Source of the DNA: a virus
Virus record (IMG/VR): IMGVR_UViG_3300008117_007749
Direction: 5' to 3' (one strand)
Length of the DNA: 64,000 nt
In this document: in pieces, positions 49,291-58,536 of the stretch
Position numbering within the stretch: position 1 is the stretch's first letter
Layout: each line of letters starts with the position of its first letter
Position numbers and translations under genes: made by a program
Notes under the pieces: generated by a model
Seen by the model: only the letters and a program-made list of their open reading frames with translations
Told to the model about the DNA's origin: nothing
The model's database searches: none

Positions 49291-50262
49291 TCAATTCAAT
49301 ATATCTCTTATTTTTCCAATAATAGTCATCGCTAGTATTATTGGGTCGGTATTGGTTTCTAATTTAGAACCATAGTCAGCGATAATATAATTACATTCAA
49401 ATAATTTTTCTATACTTTTTCCCTCAGATATAGACCAATCAATAAAAGGTTTTCCTAGAAGTTTTATCATTGTGTCAATTCTATCAGCTGTAAATGTATT
49501 CATTAGAAAATGATAAATTTTCTCATAATCTAAAGATTTATCATAGATAATATTATATAAATCTAATTTTATTTTATTTGAAACGTTTATCGATGAGGTA
49601 TTTGTGACACCGGATTCTAAGAAACTTTGAACTTCCACAATTATACTTCTAAAGTCTGGAAATTTCTTTTGAATTATCGAAACCAACTCTTCTTTTTTGA
49701 TTTCTTTTTGCTCTGTTGGTAGAATTGTTGTTGTTAATCTTTTAAATATTTCCTGCTTTAAAAACTTTTCTTCTTCCATATTTTGACAATCAAAGCATAT
49801 TTGAGGTATTCTAGATTTTATCCCATCCGAAATTTTGTTTATATGATTAGTTGTTATTATAAACCTTACATTCTTATTATACTTCTCAATAAATGCTTTA
49901 AATGCATCTTGAAATTGAGATGATACTCTTTCAAACTCATCTAAAAATATATATTTGATATCAGAATCAGAATCAGATAACATTAATGGAGTAAATTTAC
50001 AGAAGTCTTCAATTTGATTTCTCAAAACATCAATTGATGTAAAAAGTGAGGAGTTTAGTTCAAGAAAAGGTTTATCTTTTGTGTATTTACCAATTAATAT
50101 TCTAGCTAAGCTAGTCTTTCCGGTACCAAAGTGTCCGTAAAAAATGTAATTACCATTTATTCCATTTTCGAATTGTTTTTTTATTCTTGGAAGTAATATA
50201 ATATCTTCTAATTTTTTAGGACGCCATTTTTCCCATAACAATAATTGATTAACTGAACTCAT
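49291..50262 (-). CDS. Sliding clamp loader large subunit (gp44/RFC-like AAA+)
   Basis: WEKWRPKKLEDIIL, GHFGTGKTS, FLDEFE, FIITTN, IKSR, FPDFR. Confidence 0.9.
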   Translation of the reverse strand: MSSVNQLLLWEKWRPKKLEDIILLPRIKKQFENGINGNYIFYGHFGTGKTSLARILIGKYTKDKPFLELNSSLFTSIDVLRNQIEDFCKFTPLMLSDSDSDIKYIFLDEFERVSSQFQDAFKAFIEKYNKNVRFIITTNHINKISDGIKSRIPQICFDCQNMEEEKFLKQEIFKRLTTTILPTEQKEIKKEELVSIIQKKFPDFRSIIVEVQSFLESGVTNTSSINVSNKIKLDLYNIIYDKSLDYEKIYHFLMNTFTADRIDTMIKLLGKPFIDWSISEGKSIEKLFECNYIIADYGSKLETNTDPIILAMTIIGKIRDILN

Positions 50263-50334
50263 AAATTTTATATGATTTTACTATGTGAAAGTTATAGATA
50301 AATGCAGGGACTAAGTTTTTTATATATAACGAAT

Positions 50335-51516
50335 ATGATTGGAGAAAAATTTAATTTTGAAGATGTATTTTTTAGAGACTTAACGGTTTGTGTCTTAGAC
50401 ACACTAGAAGGCCAAGTCAATTGGATTAATAGATTCTCATCAGGGGATATTCCGGTTAGCGTACCATTTTACTACTCACTGAGTGGCGATGAAAGATTTT
50501 TACTTGATTCTTTTCAAGATGATATAGTATCAGAAAACAGATTTGTTGAACTAAATACCGATATCATACCAAGAGGACATCTTACACTAACAGGATTTAA
50601 TATTAAGTCAGATGAATTTGCCAATCCAAATGTTTGGCTTAGAATGGTTGTTGAAAATGAAATAGAAATTAGAAAAGTTTTAGCAAAAGTGAGAGCAATT
50701 CCGATTACTGTAAATTATGACTTAACTATTCTTCTCTCAAATGAAATAGACACATTTAAGTGTAGTCAAGCTATTATGGACACACTTTGGATTTATAAAT
50801 TTATGTATTTTGAATACAACTTTATGAATATTGACGCGGTGATATTAATGCCAGATTCTAATCAAATTGAATTATCTAGAGAAAAAAACCTCACCAGTGA
50901 TAACAACATCACATTAAAAGTGTCTTTTACGGTAGAAACTTATTATCCAGCATTTAGAAGAGATAGAGTAAATATTGAAGGATATCCTAAATATTATGGA
51001 GGATCAATGACAGATCTTAACAATTACACAATAACAGGAGGTGTTTCTGAGTACTTTGCAGGTCCTGGTTTTACAGGATCAAGCAGCAGAAATCCTACAT
51101 TTACTTCCGTAACAAACACAACAAATGAGGCAAGTGGATTTCCAGGATGGCCAAGACCACCATATATTGGTCCTCCATTTTTAACACCTCCATTTTCAAC
51201 CATCGGAGGTACTGAAACAGGAGTAACAGGAGTTCCGGGTCAAGATGGAAATACTGGATTCTTTGGACAAACTGGTGGATTCAATGAATTAAGTAATCCA
51301 TTTGGATCTAACTTATCACAAGTAATTGGTCCTAACGGAACTCTTACAAATGACCCTGACTACTTTATGGTTTCACCAAAAAGAACAAAATGGTTTAACA
51401 ATATACTAAAAGCGAGACAGAGGTCTGCTGCTCAAAGTCCTAATCCAAACTCAGGACCACCAACAAATGCTAATGATGGAGCATCAAATCCACCAACAAA
51501 TCCTAATCCTTTGTAA
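50335..51516 (+). CDS. Tail sheath stabilizer/terminator (gp15-like) with Gly/Pro-rich C-terminal extension
   Basis: VPFYY, IPRG, AIPITVNYDLTI, FTVETYYP; start at 50335 after TTTATATATAA. Confidence 0.65.
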   Translation: MIGEKFNFEDVFFRDLTVCVLDTLEGQVNWINRFSSGDIPVSVPFYYSLSGDERFLLDSFQDDIVSENRFVELNTDIIPRGHLTLTGFNIKSDEFANPNVWLRMVVENEIEIRKVLAKVRAIPITVNYDLTILLSNEIDTFKCSQAIMDTLWIYKFMYFEYNFMNIDAVILMPDSNQIELSREKNLTSDNNITLKVSFTVETYYPAFRRDRVNIEGYPKYYGGSMTDLNNYTITGGVSEYFAGPGFTGSSSRNPTFTSVTNTTNEASGFPGWPRPPYIGPPFLTPPFSTIGGTETGVTGVPGQDGNTGFFGQTGGFNELSNPFGSNLSQVIGPNGTLTNDPDYFMVSPKRTKWFNNILKARQRSAAQSPNPNSGPPTNANDGASNPPTNPNPL

Positions 51517-51588
51517 AATTATAAAATGACAAAAAGTGACTTTTTTGTGTTAATATATAGTAATAAAGAAAAAATAATATTTTAAAAT

Positions 51589-52872
51589 ATGAAGAATCTT
51601 AAACTCGAGTTGTTTAACTTCAAAAAGAATCTTTCCCTTGATCAAGAAGAGATTTCTGTTATAGTAGAAGGACATATGAATGCTTGCATAGAGCACTCAG
51701 AAAAAACAATAATCAAATCATTAAATGAGAGATTAAAAGCTTATACTTATGATAAGAGTGTTAAGTCTCTTTTAGAGGGCCTAAACGATGACATGGCTAA
51801 TTATGAATTGTTATATGAATTAAAGAATTTATATAATGTTTTAAATTCAAAAAATCAAGGAGAGCTTTATAGACAACCAATTAATGTTTTATTACAAACT
51901 ATTAATCTTGAATCAGATCAAGATAGAATGTCTAAAATTCTTAATGAATTAGCTGTTTATGATTGGGTACCTGAAGTTAAATTATTTGTTCACAATTTAA
52001 CTACTTCTCCTGAGAAGAGAAGCAACTTGTTAAGTGGGGGTAAAGGGGAATCAGTTTATTCAATTGTAGAACAAGTAGAAAATGGTCACATCGCACTTAT
52101 CAAAGATTCTTGGTTTATTTTAACAGAAAACACAATCGAAAAAACTTTACTTGAATCAAATATTAAAGAAGAAGGAGAACTTAGAACTCTAAGAACTTTA
52201 GAAACTGCTATGAAATATGCTACAGTTAATGAGGATAGAATTAATTTCAGAATTTCTGAATATCTTACATTAGGTCTTTCCGTTTCTAAAAAAGGAGGAA
52301 TCTACATAAATGACGACGAATTAAACTCAGACACTACACTTGAGTCTTTATTTAATTCTCCGATTGTTCCAATCGTAAATAAGAACTTCTATCCAATTTT
52401 ATTAGAAGTATCTGAAAATTTAGACAAATTTGTAGAATTAGACGTAGTTAAGAAAATTGAAAACCTCATAAATCCTCACTTAGAGTGCTACGCATTTAAC
52501 TACAAAAACAACACTTATCTTTACAGATGTGATGAAAGATATGGAAATTCTTTCTTTAAATACGAATCGGCTTTAGAATTAGTAAATGAAGTAAGAAATG
52601 AGTTAAACTATGATTTAACTTACTTTTATGAAAATAAATTATCTAAAGAAACTGTTGTTAAAAGAAAACTTGAAGATAAAGAAAGAGAAATCAGTTTAAA
52701 GCTAGAAGATGTTCAATTCAACATTGAAAAAGTCAGAGGATCAATTCAAATGATAGGCGAATCAGAAGTTTTAACTACCGCTCTTAAAAACTTAGAAAAA
52801 AGAGAAGTAGTTCTTAAAGCTGAACTTGGTGGTGTTAAAGAACTTCAATATAAAGAAAGAATTAAACTTTAA
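51589..52872 (+). CDS. Hypothetical (probable virion) protein with C-terminal coiled coil
   Basis: Own TTAATATATAG motif and terminator. Confidence 0.6.
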   Translation: MKNLKLELFNFKKNLSLDQEEISVIVEGHMNACIEHSEKTIIKSLNERLKAYTYDKSVKSLLEGLNDDMANYELLYELKNLYNVLNSKNQGELYRQPINVLLQTINLESDQDRMSKILNELAVYDWVPEVKLFVHNLTTSPEKRSNLLSGGKGESVYSIVEQVENGHIALIKDSWFILTENTIEKTLLESNIKEEGELRTLRTLETAMKYATVNEDRINFRISEYLTLGLSVSKKGGIYINDDELNSDTTLESLFNSPIVPIVNKNFYPILLEVSENLDKFVELDVVKKIENLINPHLECYAFNYKNNTYLYRCDERYGNSFFKYESALELVNEVRNELNYDLTYFYENKLSKETVVKRKLEDKEREISLKLEDVQFNIEKVRGSIQMIGESEVLTTALKNLEKREVVLKAELGGVKELQYKERIKL

Positions 52873-52893
52873 TTTTTTTAAAATATAAAAATT

Positions 52894-52923
52894 AAATCCT
52901 CAAAGAAATTTGAGGATTTTTTT
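52894..52923 (+). terminator. Intrinsic terminator
   Basis: AAATCCTCAAA/TTTGAGGATTT plus T run. Confidence 0.75.
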
Positions 52924-53017
52924 GTTTTATAAACTTTTTAAATAAATTAATATATAACATGAAGTAAAAAGCTTCAAAGAAATAATCAGATTATTTCTTA
53001 AAAATAAAGCTTAATGA

Positions 53018-53383
53018 ATGTATTTAAATAATAAAGATCTATACGTAGAAATTATCGTATCAAAAGCACAAGGCAAACTTACCAGAAACGCCGAAAAAAT
53101 GTTAGAACTCCTAGCCAAAAAAACAATAAAAAAAATGAGATACTGGTCAAATGATGACAAATTAGACTGTTATCAATCTGGACTTTTAGATATGTTCCAA
53201 AACTGGTACAATTTTAATGAAGACAAATCAGTTAACGCATTTGCTTACTTCACCGAAGTATTTAAAAGAGGAATAGCCAAAGGATTTAATGAAATCTATA
53301 AAAAGAAAGGTGATAACGAAAATCAGATTAAATTAATATCAATTGAAGGAAGTAACGATGGACAAGGTCTTCACTCAATCTAA
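53018..53383 (+). CDS. Late-transcription sigma factor (gp55-like, minimal)
   Basis: YLNNKDL...NFNEDKSVNAFAYFTEV..RGI resembles gp55 YVNNKEL...NFD..K..NP.AY.T. Confidence 0.75.
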   Translation: MYLNNKDLYVEIIVSKAQGKLTRNAEKMLELLAKKTIKKMRYWSNDDKLDCYQSGLLDMFQNWYNFNEDKSVNAFAYFTEVFKRGIAKGFNEIYKKKGDNENQIKLISIEGSNDGQGLHSI

Positions 53384-53400
53384 ATAGAATATAAGTCATT

Positions 53401-53433
53401 AAAAAACCCACTTAAAAGTGGGTTTTTGTTTTT
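53401..53433. terminator. Bidirectional intrinsic terminator
   Basis: A6-CCCACTT/AAGTGGG-T5. Confidence 0.75.
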
Positions 53434-54494
53434 TACGAATAAACTGTTTCTAACATTTTAGCAGATACCAAATAAGGATCACAATTTGAAGATGGTCTTC
53501 TATCTTCAAAATATCCTCGTCCATCCACAAGTGATTGAGCCGGAATTCTAATAGATGTATCTCTAGTGCTATACCCATAGCTAAATTCATGAATTCCCGA
53601 TGTCTCATGCTCACCGGTCAATCTTTGTTCGTTATGCAAACCATAAACTTCAATATGTTCCATATGAGATGATTCAAGTTTTGGCATTGTTTCTTTAATC
53701 AATTCAATACCACCATCTTCTCTCATTTCTTTAGAAGAGAAATTAACGTGACACCCTGTTCCATTCCAGTCACCTTTGATAGGCTTTGGATGCAAAGAAA
53801 CATTAACACTATGTTTTTCAGCAACTCTTTCTAAGATATATCTTGATATCCAAAGTTGATCAGAACCGTTGAGAGCCGTAACAGGACCAATTTGATATTC
53901 CCATTGTCCAAGTAGAACTTCGGCATTGATTCCCGAGATATCTAAACCAATCTCTAAACACATATCCATATGCTCCTCAACAATTTGACGACCAATTACT
54001 GTATCAGCCCCAATTCCACAATAGTAGTCACCTTGTGCTCTTGGAGTTTTACCAACTTCAAATCCCAAAGGCAAACCAACACCCTCTCCAAAAGGCATAC
54101 CCGGCTTATGAGTCAAAGTGTATTCTTGTTCCCAACCAAACCAAGGAGCATCATTCTTAATTAAAGAATTAAGATTTAAACCATCTACAATAGAAGCTAA
54201 TTTTCTTCTATTGTTTGTTGGATGATTAGTTCCATCTGGACTCAAAACCTCACAAAATACTAATTTATTAGGATATTCTCTAAATGGATCTTTACAAACA
54301 AATACTGGTTTTAACAAACAATCTGTGTTTTTACCTTTACCTGCCTCTGCTTGAAGAGTTGAACTACCATCAAAAGACCACATTGAGTAGTCCTCGGGAT
54401 TCATAGTTTCTGCTTTATCAACTATTTTTGTTTTACTTCTGAGTTGCTGGGGCTCGGAACCATCTAACCAAATATACTCTAATTTAATTTTCAT
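53433..54494 (-). CDS. glnII: Glutamine synthetase type II
   Basis: EYIWLDG, LRSKT, WSFDGSST, FGWEQEY, YYCG, GINAEV..GQWEYQIG, GDWNGTGCHVNFS, RLTGEHET, EDRRPSSNCDPY. Confidence 0.93.
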   Translation of the reverse strand: MKIKLEYIWLDGSEPQQLRSKTKIVDKAETMNPEDYSMWSFDGSSTLQAEAGKGKNTDCLLKPVFVCKDPFREYPNKLVFCEVLSPDGTNHPTNNRRKLASIVDGLNLNSLIKNDAPWFGWEQEYTLTHKPGMPFGEGVGLPLGFEVGKTPRAQGDYYCGIGADTVIGRQIVEEHMDMCLEIGLDISGINAEVLLGQWEYQIGPVTALNGSDQLWISRYILERVAEKHSVNVSLHPKPIKGDWNGTGCHVNFSSKEMREDGGIELIKETMPKLESSHMEHIEVYGLHNEQRLTGEHETSGIHEFSYGYSTRDTSIRIPAQSLVDGRGYFEDRRPSSNCDPYLVSAKMLETVYS

Positions 54495-54562
54495 AAAAGT
54501 GTTTTTTTTTATTTTATTAAATTTTAAAACAAAGTTTAGATAAATAAATATACTTTTGTAAT

Positions 54563-54853
54563 ATGAGATTAGCTATTATACAAATTTGGGAAGAGTCGTT
54601 TAGTGATAACTCAATATCACCCGATGGATGCACTTTACATATTGATAAAGAATATAGAAATAGATATGTTGAAAATTTTTATAACAACAGAACAGAAGAA
54701 GTACCAGATACTTACGAAAGGATAGTAGGTAGAGAATCATTTGTTAAAATATCAGAAGAATTATGGGATATACTCTCAATAAACAAAAATATAAGAATAA
54801 CAGAAGTTGAATTCAATAACCTAATTGGTTTTAAAAAAATAAAACAAGCATGA
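54563..54853 (+). CDS. Hypothetical protein
   Basis: Q.WEES...PDGC.LH motif. Confidence 0.6.
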   Translation: MRLAIIQIWEESFSDNSISPDGCTLHIDKEYRNRYVENFYNNRTEEVPDTYERIVGRESFVKISEELWDILSINKNIRITEVEFNNLIGFKKIKQA

Positions 54854-55203
54854 TATCTTACTTATCACTTATTCCTCTCTTTATTTGGATGAATCTTTTT
54901 TATCTTTCCAATATTACTAAAATTGATATTAGGTTTCATCAAATAGATTTGTCAAAAAGTAATAAGACTTTAATTTTATTTTATATTACTAAAATTTTAT
55001 ACTGGATGTGGATAATTTTTGGAATTTATTTGAAATTATACACCCCAGTGTTGATACTTATCTCACTGACTATAGTAAAGTTTTTGTCATATCGTTTTTC
55101 AACTAAATTATACAAAATATCTAACTTAATAACACCTATAATCTCAATAGTGTTAATGACTTTGATAGTTTTAACTTATTTTTTAAACATTAAACTTTTT
55201 TAA
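54850..55203 (+). CDS. Membrane protein, hypothetical
   Basis: Three to four hydrophobic segments. Confidence 0.55.
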   Translation: MISYLSLIPLFIWMNLFYLSNITKIDIRFHQIDLSKSNKTLILFYITKILYWMWIIFGIYLKLYTPVLILISLTIVKFLSYRFSTKLYKISNLITPIISIVLMTLIVLTYFLNIKLF

Positions 55204-55710
55204 GTGATCTTCAGTTATTATAATAAATTCATATCCCTTCTTATTACAATATGATATCATAGTTTCCCACTTATTCTTATTCTTATAAGCCATTTTTAAA
55301 TCGTATTCAAAGTTTTTTAACTTTTTTGCACCAGACTGAGGAACAACTAACCGACCTTCATTTAAGTCTTGAACCATTTTATACTCTTTCATTGGCTTAA
55401 CTTCAACCACTACTTGTTTTAAAGATCCATCTTCCAGTCTCATTTCATAGTAAAAATCAGGATAGTAACAATGCTCTTTAATTTTTGTATCTCCGTTTTC
55501 AAAATGGGTCATTTGATAAGGTATTCTCATACATTCAGCCCCCCACTTTGTAATTTTAGTATTGTGGTCTAACCAAGTCATTATCTTCTTTTCCCAAGAA
55601 CTTCTAAAATAGACACCACCATAAGTATTTAACTTTATGACTTTATCTTTAAACTTAGGTATATAATTACCCTGATTATAGTTCTTATTACTTGGTTTAG
55701 AATTTAACAT
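55183..55710 (-). CDS. Head completion nuclease (gp4, TnsA-like)
   Basis: QGNYIPK, FRSSWE, W.AE..IPY, H.YYPDF, VEVKP, NKNKW, F.IITE. Confidence 0.88.
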   Translation of the reverse strand: MLNSKPSNKNYNQGNYIPKFKDKVIKLNTYGGVYFRSSWEKKIMTWLDHNTKITKWGAECMRIPYQMTHFENGDTKIKEHCYYPDFYYEMRLEDGSLKQVVVEVKPMKEYKMVQDLNEGRLVVPQSGAKKLKNFEYDLKMAYKNKNKWETMISYCNKKGYEFIIITEDHLKKFNV

Positions 55711-55758
55711 AAATAAAGGATTCTATTTATTTTATATATAAAATAAACTTTAAACCCT

Positions 55759-56472
55759 ATGGGAGAACTATATGAAAGACTAAAACTAAATAAGTTTGTA
55801 AAAAGCAATGACGTTCCAAGTTTTTTTAAGCAAAATTCTCTCGACTTCTATCAAAGATATTTAAAGTCAGATGATTATGTCAAATCAACTCCTGTCACAA
55901 ATATTATAAAAGGTCAATTTTATTTTTTTCACTATAAAGATGACTCTAACTGGGTCAAATGGTCTCCTGTTTTTGTAGTTGATGTAAAAGTTTATAGTAA
56001 TAAAATTATTTTACTATGTGTAAATTTTAATTTTCTACCTTTAGAGGTAAGAGTGGCTATTTTTGATAAGTATCTTACAGAAGCTGATTTTGAAAAGTGT
56101 GAAAGACTAAAAGGCAGACACTTTATAAAAGTTAAATTTGAGCCAATGTATAATGAGTTAAAAAGATTGAAACTAGAGTATTGTTTAATGGAATATAATG
56201 CTATTCAAATTGCTCAAGCACACAGAATTCATTTTACATTACTACCCGAATTTCTTTATTCTCAACATCCAAAGAATAAATATGACCCTAAAAAACTTAT
56301 TCAAATTTGGAAAAAGAAAGCAGAAACTTCTGTAGAAAGAGACTCTGAAATGTCACAACTAGCTATTGATGATCTATATAACTTTGATAAGGATTTTACA
56401 ACAAAATTTAAAGTTTTAGAAGGACACATCAAAAGGATTAGAGCAAGTGCTCAAAAATATGGAAAAGGCTAA
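55759..56472 (+). CDS. DNA end protector protein (gp2-like)
   Basis: GQFYFFHY, W..WSPVF, NFNFLP..R. Confidence 0.65.
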   Translation: MGELYERLKLNKFVKSNDVPSFFKQNSLDFYQRYLKSDDYVKSTPVTNIIKGQFYFFHYKDDSNWVKWSPVFVVDVKVYSNKIILLCVNFNFLPLEVRVAIFDKYLTEADFEKCERLKGRHFIKVKFEPMYNELKRLKLEYCLMEYNAIQIAQAHRIHFTLLPEFLYSQHPKNKYDPKKLIQIWKKKAETSVERDSEMSQLAIDDLYNFDKDFTTKFKVLEGHIKRIRASAQKYGKG

Positions 56473-56801
56473 TCTAATAGATTGTCAATATTAAAGTCTC
56501 TATAAACTTGTTTTGTTATATCACCTAAACCAGTATCAAGTAATTTATCAAAATTTGAATCTGTTGAGTCAATCTCATAATCTTTAAGTGTTTCTAAATT
56601 TTTATTATACCACATATAAAAGAAATCACATGCAGTCTCAACTATATCTTCATAAGAAGGTTCCGAAACTGAATCATAAGCACAAAATAAAATTCTAACA
56701 TCTAATGGCTGTTCAGTGTCATAGATAATATCAATTGATTTATTCCAATTTAAGTTTATAGTAAATCCTAATTTTTCAATTCTATCTAAATGATCAAACA
56801 T
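56469..56801 (-). CDS. Hypothetical protein with C-terminal YRDFNIDNLL motif
   Basis: ORF in operon. Confidence 0.6.
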   Translation of the reverse strand: MFDHLDRIEKLGFTINLNWNKSIDIIYDTEQPLDVRILFCAYDSVSEPSYEDIVETACDFFYMWYNKNLETLKDYEIDSTDSNFDKLLDTGLGDITKQVYRDFNIDNLLD

Positions 56802-57024
56802 TTTTTAATATTTTACTAAGTTTATTCTCTCTTTTATCTTCTATTTCAATTGGTTCTACTATTATCTCACCGTTTGATATTCTAATTTCCCATTTGTTAC
56901 CAGTGACATCATCAAGTAGAGCTAATTTTTTTATAACACAATAACCATCTGGTTCTATTCTAAGAACAGAATCACCAGTTGAACTATTCACATTAAATAT
57001 ATTAGGTTGAAGTTTAACAGTCAT
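56794..57024 (-). CDS. Small beta-rich protein with C-terminal KRENKLSKIL motif
   Basis: ORF in operon. Confidence 0.6.
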   Translation of the reverse strand: MTVKLQPNIFNVNSSTGDSVLRIEPDGYCVIKKLALLDDVTGNKWEIRISNGEIIVEPIEIEDKRENKLSKILKNV

Positions 57025-57965
57025 TATAGTTTAATACCGGTTTTGGGATCGTAATTCATAATTAACAACTCAATACCTTTAGCTTGTTCGGATTTTAAAT
57101 CAGAGTTGTTTCCACCTTGAGCCGAACTTCTAAATACTTCTTTCTCTGTCCAAACGTATTTATCTTTAGGTAATAACTCTTCTAAAAGAGGAAAATAATA
57201 ATAAGAAAGTGACCAACGACACTTAGTCTTTTTGATTAACTCCAATAGTCTTCTATGAGAAGCTGGTCCAAACATTCCTTCTTTGTCAGCACCATACCAA
57301 AACAATCTTTTAGCGTCATCTTCACCATTTTCATCTGGTCTGAAGTATGGTGGATCCAAATAAAGATAAGTATCTTCTGAATCATATTTTGTAATAAGTT
57401 CTTCAAAATCAATATTTAAGAAATCAGTAATTGATTGTAATTTAGGAGTATATTTATTTTTTTTCAATTTATCAATAAGAACTTCTAATTTCAAACGGTC
57501 TTTATCTTTTTTATAACCATTGAAACCAGCACCTCGAGGATAAACAGAGTTATGAGCAGAAGTGATAAGAAAAGCATAAATAGCGGCTTTCTCAAAATCA
57601 CCAATTTCAAAATTCATATCATCTAAGAAATCATTTTTTTGATATTCTTTATAAATCTTTTTATAGAAATCCCATTTCTTTAATGGATCTGTTTCTTCTG
57701 TGAAAAGAAGAGTATTTTTTAAATTCTCTAAATAAGGTAGGAACTCCTCAGGTTGTGATGAACACTTGTATAAGTTCACCTGATGACGATTTTTATCATT
57801 ATAGACAACTACATCGAATTTAAGTTGATCGTCATCCATATACGTTCCCATTGAACCAGAAAAAGGTTCTAAATACGTTTTAATTCCAGTTTTTGGGATT
57901 TTTGTATTGATTAATTCTTGAAATGCTGAGGAACTCTTACCTCCGAAATAACTTATTACCGCCAT
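57024..57965 (-). CDS. DNA adenine methyltransferase (D12/Dam family)
   Basis: SYFGGKS, YLEPFSGS, VYND, YLDPPY, LSY, ELLIMNY. Confidence 0.88.
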   Translation of the reverse strand: MAVISYFGGKSSSAFQELINTKIPKTGIKTYLEPFSGSMGTYMDDDQLKFDVVVYNDKNRHQVNLYKCSSQPEEFLPYLENLKNTLLFTEETDPLKKWDFYKKIYKEYQKNDFLDDMNFEIGDFEKAAIYAFLITSAHNSVYPRGAGFNGYKKDKDRLKLEVLIDKLKKNKYTPKLQSITDFLNIDFEELITKYDSEDTYLYLDPPYFRPDENGEDDAKRLFWYGADKEGMFGPASHRRLLELIKKTKCRWSLSYYYFPLLEELLPKDKYVWTEKEVFRSSAQGGNNSDLKSEQAKGIELLIMNYDPKTGIKL

Positions 57966-57966
57966 T

Positions 57967-58485
57967 TTATTTATTTTGATTTTTAATTTGTTCTTCTAGT
58001 GAAGGTCTTTCATTTTGTTGTCTTAATTCTTCTCTAATCTTCATTAAAATTTTACCTAAATGATTTTCACCAATACTATTACATTTTGGACAAGAACACT
58101 GACCCCAAAAGACATCGTGCCAAAAGTTACCCTCTATAAGTTCTAATTTACCAGTATCCAATAACATCTCGCATAATTTAGGATCTTTGAATTTTTCACG
58201 AATTCCCCAATTCATAAAGTCTAATTTTTTTTCTTCCCAATCTTGTCTAACTTTTACTCGACTTCCTAATTTTTTTACATCACCAGCATCTGGTATTCTA
58301 GCAATTAACTCTCTAAAATCAGGAGCAGTATAATAAACACCATCAATGAATTGCATTTGAGTAACTTTTAGAGCAACATAATAGTGTTCTACAGAAGGAT
58401 ATGTAATTCCTTTATGTTCAATTTTACAGGGATAAAAGTTTGAAAGGAAATAATAACGACCTCTAAAAGAATTGATATAACTCAT
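57967..58485 (-). CDS. NADAR (YbiA-like) family protein
   Basis: FLSNFYP, YPSVEHYY.A.K, K.LG..V..R.DW, KF, LL.TG..ELIEGN.W.D.FWG, GENHLGKILM.IR. Confidence 0.9.
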   Translation of the reverse strand: MSYINSFRGRYYFLSNFYPCKIEHKGITYPSVEHYYVALKVTQMQFIDGVYYTAPDFRELIARIPDAGDVKKLGSRVKVRQDWEEKKLDFMNWGIREKFKDPKLCEMLLDTGKLELIEGNFWHDVFWGQCSCPKCNSIGENHLGKILMKIREELRQQNERPSLEEQIKNQNK

Positions 58486-58506
58486 AATTCTTATATGTTA
58501 TAAATT

Positions 58507-58531
58507 AAAAAAGTCCACCTTAGGCGGACTT
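58507..58531 (-). terminator. Terminator of tmRNA
   Basis: AAGTCCGCCT/AGGTGGACTT followed by T run on the minus strand. Confidence 0.75.
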
Positions 58532-58536
58532 AATTT

